From Heteronotia binoei (lineage: Eukaryota), in NCBI RefSeq assembly GCF_032191835.1, contig NC_083231.1, forward strand, positions 55,056,001 to 55,120,000: a stretch of 64,000 bases of DNA, written 5' to 3'. The position numbers and the translations under genes are program-made. Numbering within the stretch: position 1 is the first letter of the stretch; the number at the start of each line of letters is the position of its first letter. This document shows positions 61,301-64,000 of the stretch, in pieces. The notes under the pieces are model-generated. The model did not search any database and had not been told where the DNA came from. It saw nothing but the letters and a program-made list of their open reading frames with translations.

Positions 61301-62825
61301 TCGGGTGACAGTTGAAGGAACAGATGAATTTGACCCAGTTTTTAGCCATGACCAATATTTTTTCAGTTTTCCTGAAAGGAATGAAGCAGGGCAGCTGGTC
61401 GGCAGAGTGTCAGCATCAGATTATGACAGAGGATTGGACGGTGTTGTTCATTACAGTCTGCTAACAGCATCCCCTTTCTTTTCTGTGAACCAAAGCAATG
61501 GGGCTGTCTATTTGACTAAATCTTTTCACAGGAAAAGGAGCAGCATAAAGAGAAAAGAAGGCACCCTTGAACTGCTTATAAAAGCTCATAGCCCCAAACT
61601 GGACTCTAAATTTAGCATATGCACAGTTCTGGTGAACATTTCTGATACTCCAGAGAGCTCTTCCCTGTTGGCACCACACACCTTGACCATTGGTATTGCT
61701 GCCTTTACTGTACTGTTCCTGTTTCTTGTCATCAGCTTTGCCATGCTTATTGTGAGATACAGACAAAAAGATGCAGTGAACTCCTGTGAGAAAAAAGAGA
61801 TCCCATGCTGTTCAGCAACAGATTTGAATGCAGATAATGAAAGCAGTGCCCCTGAAGCTGCTCAGAATACTCCAATTCCTGCAGCAAGTACCCTTCCCAT
61901 GAGCTCCATAGCTGAATGGCTAAGTTTGGTAGGCATTAGAGAAAAGAAGGATATGGCCAATCCATGCAGGCATTCAGACTCCAGTGGCCATGGTTCTGCA
62001 GAAGGCGAAACAGCAGAAGATGAGGAAATACAGAGGATTAATGAGCATCCTTGCAGAAAGAGTTCTGGCTCAGCTTTAAGTGACCGAGGCTCACGGATAC
62101 CAGACTCAGGAATTCCCAGGGACTCTGATCAGCTTTCATGTCAGTCTGGAGAGACAGATGTGGTTGCTGTGAGTCAAAGTGCAGAGACTATTCCACTCTT
62201 CAGAGATGGAAGTGGAGGAGAGGAAATAAATTGCAACACAAGGTATACTAGCAATAACATGTCATTACTTCAGAACATGAGGATAAAGGAAATGGACGTC
62301 ATGACAGACATCACACGAGATTGTAGCTTTATACTTGATCGCCAGAACTCCCATTATGGATCTCTTGCTACACTAGTAGACTCTGATGAGGATCTTAGAG
62401 GTAGTTATAACTGGGATTACTTGCTGAATTGGGAACCCAGTTTTAAACCTCTTGCATCTGTGTTCAGTGATATTGCAGAACTGACAGACGAAAGCATGAA
62501 AACATACAGCTTACCTAAGAAGAAATCTTTCATTTTCCCCCCTCCCTTGATTACTTCTGTAGCCCAGCCTGGTTTAAAGACAGTCCCCCCACGAATGCCA
62601 ACTCTACTGCCTGGTCAGGTGTTTAAAAACTGTCCCCACTCACCCCTCCTCCATAATCTAAGATATCCTCCATCAGCCATGACTCCAAGTTTTTCTCCTT
62701 CTCTATCCCTGCTTACAGTGCAGACCCCTGTGGCATCCCCACTGACTTCACACCCTAGCCTCAAGGGGATGTGCCTAAGTCGGCTAACATGTGAACTTTC
62801 AACAGAAGAAGAAATTCAAGTGTAG
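1153..62825 (+). CDS. DCHS2: Dachsous cadherin-related 2, spliced 3' portion (17 exons, 7652 nt coding; 5' exons lie upstream of the window)
   Basis: Many cadherin repeats (DxNDNxPxF, AxDxD, LDRE/LDYE), a TM helix ([22 protein letters not shown]), Dachsous cytoplasmic motifs ([34 protein letters not shown]) and C-terminus EEEIQV resembling DCHS2 rather than DCHS1; all junctions join in frame. Confidence 0.93.
1960..2715 (-). mobile_element. Degenerate L2-clade LINE ORF2 3' fragment
   Basis: Minus-strand peptide [18 protein letters not shown]...[11 protein letters not shown] typical of L2-type RT C-terminal region. Confidence 0.75.
2893..3073. mobile_element. Palindromic hAT MITE (181 bp)
   Basis: Whole element folds back; CAGGG...CCCTG ends; perfect TSD GGCATGCT. 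Confidence 0.88.
3943..4959 (+). CDS. DCHS2: DCHS2 exon (NFLETISY...INSNT), phase 1-1
   Basis: tctcttacAG acceptor, GTAAAA donor, 1017 nt, about three cadherin repeats. Confidence 0.93.
6233..6510 (+). mobile_element. tRNA-derived SINE (Squam3-like)
   Basis: A box tggtgtagtgg, B box ggtttgattcc, tail ataaatctgcaattcttcttctt. Confidence 0.75.
7856..8043 (+). CDS. DCHS2: DCHS2 exon (GEIINW...FSIK), phase 1-0
   Basis: ttctgcAG acceptor, GTGTGT donor, LDYE and DLNDN motifs. Confidence 0.9.
8322..8472. mobile_element. PLE-derived palindrome, same family, degenerate
   Basis: atttgagttcagtagcacctta ... taaggtgctactgaactcaaat inverted arms. Confidence 0.65.
8952..9283. mobile_element. Old hAT (Charlie-type termini) non-autonomous element
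   Basis: ggggtccccaac ... gtttggggggccctg degenerate TIRs. Confidence 0.55.
9410..9598. mobile_element. PLE-derived palindrome, same family
   Basis: agtccagtagcacctta ... taagatgctactggact arms; minus-strand CTGAAGA-A-GTGAG...CTCAC-GATA core. Confidence 0.65.
9868..9967 (+). CDS. DCHS2: DCHS2 exon (VLEGQPAG...YSLSS), phase 0-1; absent from the ORF track
   Basis: ccattAG acceptor, GTAAGA donor; encodes [33 protein letters not shown]. Confidence 0.9.
11461..11700 (+). mobile_element. Squam3-like SINE interrupted by half of a hAT MITE (11560-11623)
   Basis: SINE head ggttagtgtgctggactag...ttcaaatccccac; inserted caggggtggcc...cccagccag equals the left arm of the 31484 MITE. Confidence 0.6.
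12570..12780 (+). mobile_element. Degenerate short hAT MITE, TAGGGTTGCC family
   Basis: Shares cagagatcagttc...ctgga..aaaatg and ctccacccc..aatctcc motifs with the 26166 copy. Confidence 0.55.
13265..13474. mobile_element. Penelope-like element (PLE) derived palindromic repeat
   Basis: Inverted arms gagtccagcagcacctttaagaccaacaaa / ttgttggtcttaaaaatgccactggattc flanking head-to-head hammerhead-like cores. Confidence 0.7.
13393..13430 (+). ncRNA. Minimal hammerhead ribozyme motif of Penelope-like type
   Basis: CTGAAGA-A-GTGTG-cttg-CACAT-GAAA-GCT-T with short stem I; mirrored degenerate copy on the minus strand at about 13349-13390. Confidence 0.6.
14105..14256. mobile_element. Near-perfect 52-bp-arm hairpin insertion, probably a second PLE family, nested in the hAT element
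   Basis: 14105-14156 and 14172-14223 are reverse complements with 1 mismatch; 12-13 bp direct repeat tgataattacac(t) flanks it. Confidence 0.7.
14395..14680 (+). mobile_element. Two tandem tRNA-derived SINE heads/body (Squam2-like)
   Basis: ggctcag.ggtagagc...gcagaaggtcccaggttcaatccctggcat twice, at about 14400 and 14510. Confidence 0.7.
14716..14797 (+). mobile_element. 5S rRNA-derived sequence (SINE3-type head or 5S pseudogene)
   Basis: gcctgatctcatcagat...aagataagcagg...gttagtacctggatgggaga...ggaatacc aligns to the 5S internal promoter boxes A, IE and C. Confidence 0.75.
15007..15528 (+). mobile_element. hAT non-autonomous element with TAGGGTTGCCAA TIRs (Blackjack-like), nested in the larger hAT
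   Basis: Perfect TIRs and perfect TSD TTTCTGAG (14999-15006, 15529-15536); internal 24-bp tandem repeat gactttgggggtggagccagga. Confidence 0.88.
15675..15786. repeat. Perfect 35-bp inverted repeat with 42-nt spacer
   Basis: tattttctatatcaccctgggaagtgccagtatat / atatactggcacttcccagggtgatatagaaaata. Confidence 0.85.
16119..16173 (-). pseudogene. LASP1: Captured fragment matching the LASP1 N-terminus (LIM domain start), frameshifted
   Basis: gcagccATG AC CCC AGC TGT GCC CGT TGC GGC AAG ATC GTT TAC CCC ACA GAA AAG GTG = M(N)[16 protein letters not shown] versus recalled LASP1 [18 protein letters not shown]. Confidence 0.85.
17169..17326 (+). CDS. DCHS2: DCHS2 exon (GESLGHF...INVE), phase 1-0
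   Basis: ttttctAG acceptor, GTACTG donor, AADQG motif. Confidence 0.88.
18942..19782 (+). CDS. DCHS2: DCHS2 exon (VIPLPK...LDRSS), phase 0-1
   Basis: tttcAG acceptor, GTAAAG donor, 841 nt, DQNDH and DVNDN motifs. Confidence 0.93.
20973..21212 (+). CDS. DCHS2: DCHS2 exon (GLLTITF...TDKDS), phase 1-1
   Basis: tttacaatAG acceptor, GTAATC donor, 240 nt, DVNDEPP motif. Confidence 0.9.
21925..22390 (+). mobile_element. CR1 LINE 3' fragment
   Basis: [20 protein letters not shown]-type sequence and [12 protein letters not shown]...RTRTNGLKL...FRLNIRKNF peptide. Confidence 0.9.
23560..23960 (+). mobile_element. Old CR1-like 3' fragment
   Basis: Degenerate ...gacagagaaaatgaagtccttc... and ...ctgattaaattc...gtgat similarity to CR1 3' ends. 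Confidence 0.4.
24768..25185. mobile_element. Longer PLE-derived imperfect palindrome, same family
   Basis: Two opposed agctttgactc/gaaagctcata cores separated by about 210 bp of self-complementary spacer. Confidence 0.65.
25771..25905 (+). CDS. DCHS2: DCHS2 exon (GTNSLLQY...FTIK), phase 1-1; absent from the ORF track
   Basis: attttaAG acceptor, GTAAAA donor, LDRE motif, 135 nt. Confidence 0.9.
26166..26383 (-). mobile_element. Short hAT MITE, TAGGGTTGCC family
   Basis: Ends ctggcaacccta; same internal motifs as the 12570 copy, opposite orientation. Confidence 0.7.
26491..26700 (+). CDS. DCHS2: DCHS2 exon (VLARDSG...CHII), phase 1-1
   Basis: ctactcAG acceptor, GTAAAG donor, DENDH motif, 210 nt. 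Confidence 0.9.
28175..29032 (+). CDS. DCHS2: DCHS2 exon (DGNVRGY...ENTEK), phase 1-1
   Basis: ttttaaaAG acceptor, GTAGGT donor, 858 nt. Confidence 0.92.
29623..29816 (+). mobile_element. tRNA-derived SINE (Squam2-like), old copy
   Basis: Collinear with the 45648 copy. Confidence 0.75.
31484..31618. mobile_element. Palindromic hAT MITE (135 bp) inserted in a TAGGGTTGCC-family fragment
   Basis: caggggtggccaacggtagctctccagatg foldback; perfect TSD CAATAGGC. Confidence 0.9.
33770..33880 (+). CDS. DCHS2: DCHS2 exon (GTSVFTL...HPIT), phase 1-1
   Basis: long T-tract plus gtAG acceptor, GTAAAT donor, 111 nt. Confidence 0.85.
34665..34740 (+). mobile_element. Single-arm fragment of the PLE palindrome family
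   Basis: gggagctttgactctcaaaagcttgtagc...tactactggact. Confidence 0.55.
41757..41860 (-). mobile_element. CR1 RT fragment
   Basis: [15 protein letters not shown]...WQIMFNV matches CR1 RT KFADDTKL...WQMxFNV. Confidence 0.75.
41993..42434 (+). mobile_element. TAGGGTTGCC-family hAT element (internally deleted relative of 15007-15528)
   Basis: Both TIRs present, collinear with the 15007 copy; no matching TSD. Confidence 0.82.
43068..43757 (-). mobile_element. TAGGGTTGCC-family hAT element, young copy, reverse orientation
   Basis: TIRs TAGGCCTGCCAA / TTGGCAACCCTA; TSD CGTGAAAT; retained CpGs. Confidence 0.88.
43925..44010 (-). mobile_element. Single-arm fragment of the PLE palindrome family
   Basis: gagtccagtagc...gggtataagcttttgagagtcaaag...cagatatg. 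Confidence 0.55.
45112..45323 (+). CDS. DCHS2: DCHS2 exon (GVITVEK...YIMQ), phase 1-0
   Basis: tatAG acceptor (weak tract), GTAACT donor, LDYE and DMNDN motifs. Confidence 0.88.
45648..45856 (+). mobile_element. Full-length tRNA-derived SINE (Squam2-like)
   Basis: A box tggctcagtgg, B box ggttcaatccc, tail ...gcagcttcatatgttca. Confidence 0.85.
46044..46195 (+). CDS. DCHS2: DCHS2 exon (IYATDPD...SSY), phase 0-2
   Basis: ccattcAG acceptor, GTTTGT donor, LDRE motif. Confidence 0.9.
46573..46790 (+). mobile_element. Squam3-like SINE with an internal 30-bp tandem duplication (46715-46774)
   Basis: ccagtgtggtgtagtg...ttcagattcc; ataaagctgttttgggtgcc twice. Confidence 0.6.
48447..48720. repeat. 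Foldback (MITE-like) element, about 275 bp
   Basis: ttctgcttgagccagctcaagtgatcagttcccc / ggggaattgatcacttgagctggctcaagcagaa plus inner arms. Confidence 0.75.
50842..50972 (+). CDS. DCHS2: DCHS2 exon (LVLQAADG...LPE), phase 2-1
   Basis: tttaatAG acceptor, GTAAGT donor, DVNDN motif. Confidence 0.9.
51689..51888 (+). repeat. DIRS left inverted terminal repeat
   Basis: 51716-51872 is an exact reverse complement of the right ITR core; CCAAT at 51761 and TATAA at 51774. Confidence 0.93.
52091..54604 (+). CDS. DIRS Gag-like ORF1 (837 aa): N-terminal Cys/His finger, RS/RD-rich middle, LAP2alpha-like C-terminal domain
   Basis: CTRC...[14 protein letters not shown]...CPHC; C-terminal [10 protein letters not shown]...ALRRHAWLR...LPFDGLGLF typical of DIRS1 Gag. 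Confidence 0.88.
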   Translation: MEGKVTFKKCTRCGTKIPTTDGHSHCLFCLGESHRVDSCPHCANFGKQARKNRAARLRSFLIELSLRAMPTSGSPPPQQQAGDSASTDVSLAKQKHKSDKKSSKHAETGHKASKKSRHLEPTGPAHKKSRHPGSADSGPRKLHAHLAPKKPQPPISTSTSMDPVTPTQPALPLELTTPSDVITDMPQLTPHTSTAVEVIPVHSRSPSVHSVVPTDFLEPDLTSESTQTYLKPPLRIGSFRDIGISPLYKDLRDVGISPLYKDSAVQASNKGRSRSPSRRLRSRSPLKARSRSPRRRRDSDSSDYYRDYYAPRYDRHHSRFHRPSRSPSLEGSGYSPYQYEDSPRPRDRLRDFSRRLRDSPRRDYSRDRTRQPRPRGFDHDLSSPPRDQDRTREHAYPRDRIREPDYSRYSPRLRERLRESVRHSDLQRPRDHYQTEDARPRTPSASAAIAPPVSTPTDQPAQTMKSQPVPSDPIRPPHSPSGEDSHSDPESSASSDSEDRPDSVASDSVPQPRLSPSDASKAYLHLITTMAEALNITLPSDSPKVSDLVHDLVQTDFPPGSLLPMLPVHLEGLRETWDKPASVPPTAKRFDSLYRVHAPEAKFLASHPAPNSIIVHSATKAKPSRHPTPPDREGRKLDTLARKIFGLASTNSKLNNYLAYFSAYVYNLANQFTPLISALPEPSQRTASGLVSELSRVSKQQINTIRHAVSCSSRVFASSVALRRHAWLRSTNLQPDIKQKIEDLPFDGLGLFHASTDEVLASVDDGRKRAKRLGVSQPFSQRPNRAKPWRPSFQRRQGSPKRTDFWKRKTGQQKPQFQQRPRSQQAKKPSLPSKQSL
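54381..56480 (+). CDS. DIRS reverse transcriptase - RNase H - Dam-like methyltransferase ORF (true start uncertain)
   Basis: RT motifs [19 protein letters not shown]; RNase H TDAS, HINCLEL, TDN, ADSLSR; MT motifs DAFAS...N.K, DAF...W, YFFPP. Confidence 0.93.
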   Translation: MMAANVPSAWEFPNRFPSVPTVQSPGDHHFKDAKGHLSVPTSGRGRLASRNRSFNKDRGHNRPKNPPFLLNSLFDSPVPLFNTRLSPFLPTWNSITTDSWVLTIVRLGYAIEFISPPRHHYFTATPPSPLLRQEILDLLHKEAIEPVPPLHRGTGFYSRYFLVPKRDGGRRPILDLRKLNKHIAYRKFRMISLQSILPLIPRNSWMASLDLQDAYFHVTIRPQHRKYLRFAMGRDHYQYVSLPFGLSTAPRVFTKCMAVVAAALRTRNIPVFPYIDDWLLVAPTQQQLEHNLDTALTLLSSLGLRVNTSKSHLTPTQDLKFIGALLCSSLHRAFLPEDRACTIIALAKAVQQQPRQSAFTIQRLLGLMAATTSVLRFARLRMRQLQIWFVRAYNPQTQPQAALLTIPQRALLSLTWWTVPNNLLEGKPFLPTSPTTTITTDASKWGWGAHLEDKTVRGLWTTTERLMHINCLELIAVHRALQSFLPLIKGQHVQISTDNMATVYYINKQGGTRSLRLCRIAVLLWEWCVKHNIFMTAIHLPGVENTLADSLSRFRIDDHEWSITPTYLRSIFRCFGTPEVDAFASRNNAKCPQFYCRRGNDAFLHDWTGPLHYFFPPTPLLTRVLVKITQDGTDCILIAPWWPRQPWFTRLLQLSRHTYCRLPPAGDLLSQANGQVLHHNPRVLALTAWRIRPPSSLQK
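54605..57478 (+). CDS. DIRS tyrosine recombinase ORF, same frame as gag, with a long N-terminal part overlapping the RT ORF
   Basis: YR catalytic motifs SGKR, HSTR, W and Y in [12 protein letters not shown] from about 56460 onward; frame open from the gag stop to 57478. Confidence 0.9.
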   Translation, partial: LPRTALQHTSVTVPSDLELDNNRLLGADHRASRLRNRVHFSTSPPLFHSYPPLSPPPSGDPGLAPQGSHRARSPPPSGDRLLFKILPCSQEGWRKASHSRSKEAQQAHRIQEVQNDLPAVHSASYPQEFLDGFPRPSGRLLPCDNPTSTSEVSTICHGPGPLPICVPTFRPLHCAPRVHQVHGGCGSCTSHSEHSSLPVHRRLAPGGPDTTAIGAQPRHSSHSSELPGSPREYIKVAPHTYPGPQVYRRPSLQLPASSFSPRGSGMHYYCPSQGSSTATPSVCVHNPTPAGPYGCNDICPSICQTANATTADLVCSSLQPSNATASCSAHYPTESASISHVVDCAQQSTRGQAVSTDFPYDHYNNRCLQVGMGSPPRGQNCQRALDDHRETHAHKLLRTDRGAQSSSIISPINKGPACPDLYGQHGDCLLYKQARGHQIPPSLSYSRTALGMVCQTQHIYDCHSSPRCGEYLGRFPQQVSDRRPRMVHHSDLPSQHLPLLRNTRGGRLCIQEQCQVSSVLLQEGQRRLSARLDRSPSLLLSTDPPSDTCVGENNSGWHRLHPHCAMVASATVVHEAASTVTPHLLPASSCGRPPLSSQRSGSSSQPSGPGPDRLENTATFLSTEVANVILNARKPSTRLSYQRKWKRFCSFATSSQLQPETAPLPLILDYLLSLQKSGLCYSSVKVHLSAVSAFHKPIDGKTVFSHPLSKSFLKGLLHLNPPVKPFVPTWSLSLVLSCLMKAPFEPMATIDLNLLSWKTALLVALTSGKRASDLCAFRYDPPYTIFHKDKVVLRPDPAFLPKVVSQFHLSTSTSLPTFFSNPSDQGQRALHSLDVRRALSFYLDRTQPFRKDPNLFVAYGNPHRGLKISTQRLSKWVVSAIRLCYELAKQPLPDGLKGHSTRAVSTSSAFLQGVSLEDICAAASWSSPSTFVSHYAMDVRARRDASFGQAVLRSIFL
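57628..57724 (+). other. DIRS internal complementary region (ICR)
   Basis: 57628-57665 is the reverse complement of 51689-51726; 57666-57724 is the reverse complement of the right terminus (ending 58012). Confidence 0.95.
57787..58015 (-). repeat. DIRS right inverted terminal repeat with 3' extension
   Basis: Reverse complement of the left ITR plus about 28 nt of extra terminal sequence. Confidence 0.93.
58128..58184. mobile_element. 57-bp mini hAT MITE, deletion derivative of the 31484 family
   Basis: caggggtggtcaa...ttggccacccctg with perfect TSD AAATAGAA. Confidence 0.85.
58640..58926 (+). CDS. DCHS2: DCHS2 exon (NTPLGFF...DAYQ), phase 1-0
   Basis: cttgcAG acceptor, GTAAGA donor, LDFE and DINDN motifs. 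Confidence 0.9.
59015..59153 (+). CDS. DCHS2: DCHS2 exon (VVIPELT...DPKN), phase 0-1
   Basis: catttcAG acceptor after an 88-nt intron, GTGAGT donor. Confidence 0.9.
60190..62825 (+). CDS. DCHS2: DCHS2 terminal coding exon (last cadherin repeats, TM helix, cytoplasmic tail, TAG stop)
   Basis: ttgtAG acceptor, open frame to TAG at 62823-62825. Confidence 0.95.
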
Positions 62826-64000
62826 GTTTTTCATTGGTACACAACATTAGTTGAACATTTGGCAAAAAGTGTTTGCCATGCTTTTTAATGAGCACAGCAT
62901 GCCTTGTCTATGTATGTAAATATTTTTATTTTTATGATCTAAAAAGGATTATTTAGCTAAATGTTCTACCTGTCTAGCTTCACATTTTACCATTTGTTTA
63001 TTACCTTTGTGGTATTCTTTTTTGAAATGCTCGGATTTCTACTGCGAAAAAGTAAATTCTGCATGCTCTTCTCACCAAGGGGAATCCCAGCTGAGGGATA
63101 AAAAACTTTCACATTTATGCTTGCTCTTAAAAAACTGGTGAATTGAGTGGTGGTGGTAGTGTTGGTGGAATTTGTTGGATGCCCATGGTCTCCAGGGAGC
63201 CAGTAGTTGACACATATGGCTGGTTGCTGCCCTTCAGGCAAGTATAATGATATTTTATCTCCTCCGCTAAACTACTCCTGTCCTTTTGGTTAAGCACACT
63301 TCAGCTGGAGCAAAACCGAGCCGTTACATTATATTCAATGCATGCAGAATCATAGACAGGCACACATTTTTGTGTGGTACACATTCATTGTATCAGATCA
63401 GCGTATATAGGCCAGTACTTTTTAGATTTTCTTTTGCTTTGATGTATACATAAACACCTTTGCACCTTTTTTTCTTGATAGGAGTGAATATTAAACCAAA
63501 CAAGCCTAATGGGGAACATTAATTTATGAACTGTATATTTGCTTAATATGTATGCATATAACAAAATATAACCAAAATGTATGGTCATGACAATAACTGA
63601 TATAATTGCTTAACTAAGTAATGTAACAGTTTTTGAAATATAATTTTTATATATTTTTCTACTGTGAAGCCTTAATTTTTATTCTCATCTTTTCAATATA
63701 CTAAGGTGAGGTACTCAGGATAAGCAGGGCTAGGGCTTTGTCTGAATCTTCCTCCAGTGGGAGAAATATAACAGAGGCAGAGATTAATCTAATACTGGCA
63801 AGTAAGGTGCCTGAGTTTGGAAAACTTGTTTGGCTTACAGTACAATCCTAACATTTTCTTGGGAGTAAGCCAAATTGAATAGATCTGAATAGGATTCTGA
63901 GTAGAAGTGTTTAGGATCGCTTCCTTAAATACTATAACCTGTGTTTTGTTCCACCTAGGGTTTAGCCCTAAATTGTGTCAATAGTATTTAAACTAGTAAT

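Noticed and set aside
61526-61560. Furin site in [10 protein letters not shown] of DCHS2
   Set aside because: Does not match R-X-K/R-R (P4 is His)
63490-63495. DCHS2 polyadenylation signal ATTAAA
   Set aside because: AT-rich context and no transcript evidence; no canonical AATAAA found after the stop

Overview
Vertebrate genomic DNA, most likely a squamate reptile and probably a gecko (inferred from BovB, CR1, L2, Squam-type SINEs and lizard-type hAT MITEs). The window holds the 3' part of DCHS2 (dachsous cadherin-related 2) on the + strand: 17 coding exons from 1153 to 62825, all GT-AG and phase-compatible, about 2549 codons, ending ...EEEIQV*. Two intronic objects stand out. (1) An apparently intact DIRS1-type tyrosine-recombinase retrotransposon (51689-58015) with ITRs, ICR, gag, RT-RNaseH-methyltransferase and recombinase. 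Its gag stop sits in CTT-TGA-C, where a +1 slip enters the RT frame and readthrough enters the recombinase frame, and it has a textbook intron-like segment after the recombinase stop. (2) A 2.5-kb hAT element (13961-16506, perfect 8-bp TSD) carrying a fragment matching the start of LASP1, i.e. a candidate Pack-TIR gene-capture element, itself hit by several nested insertions. Introns also carry several Penelope-type palindromes with minimal hammerhead ribozyme cores. Repeat family names come from recalled consensus features, not database searches.
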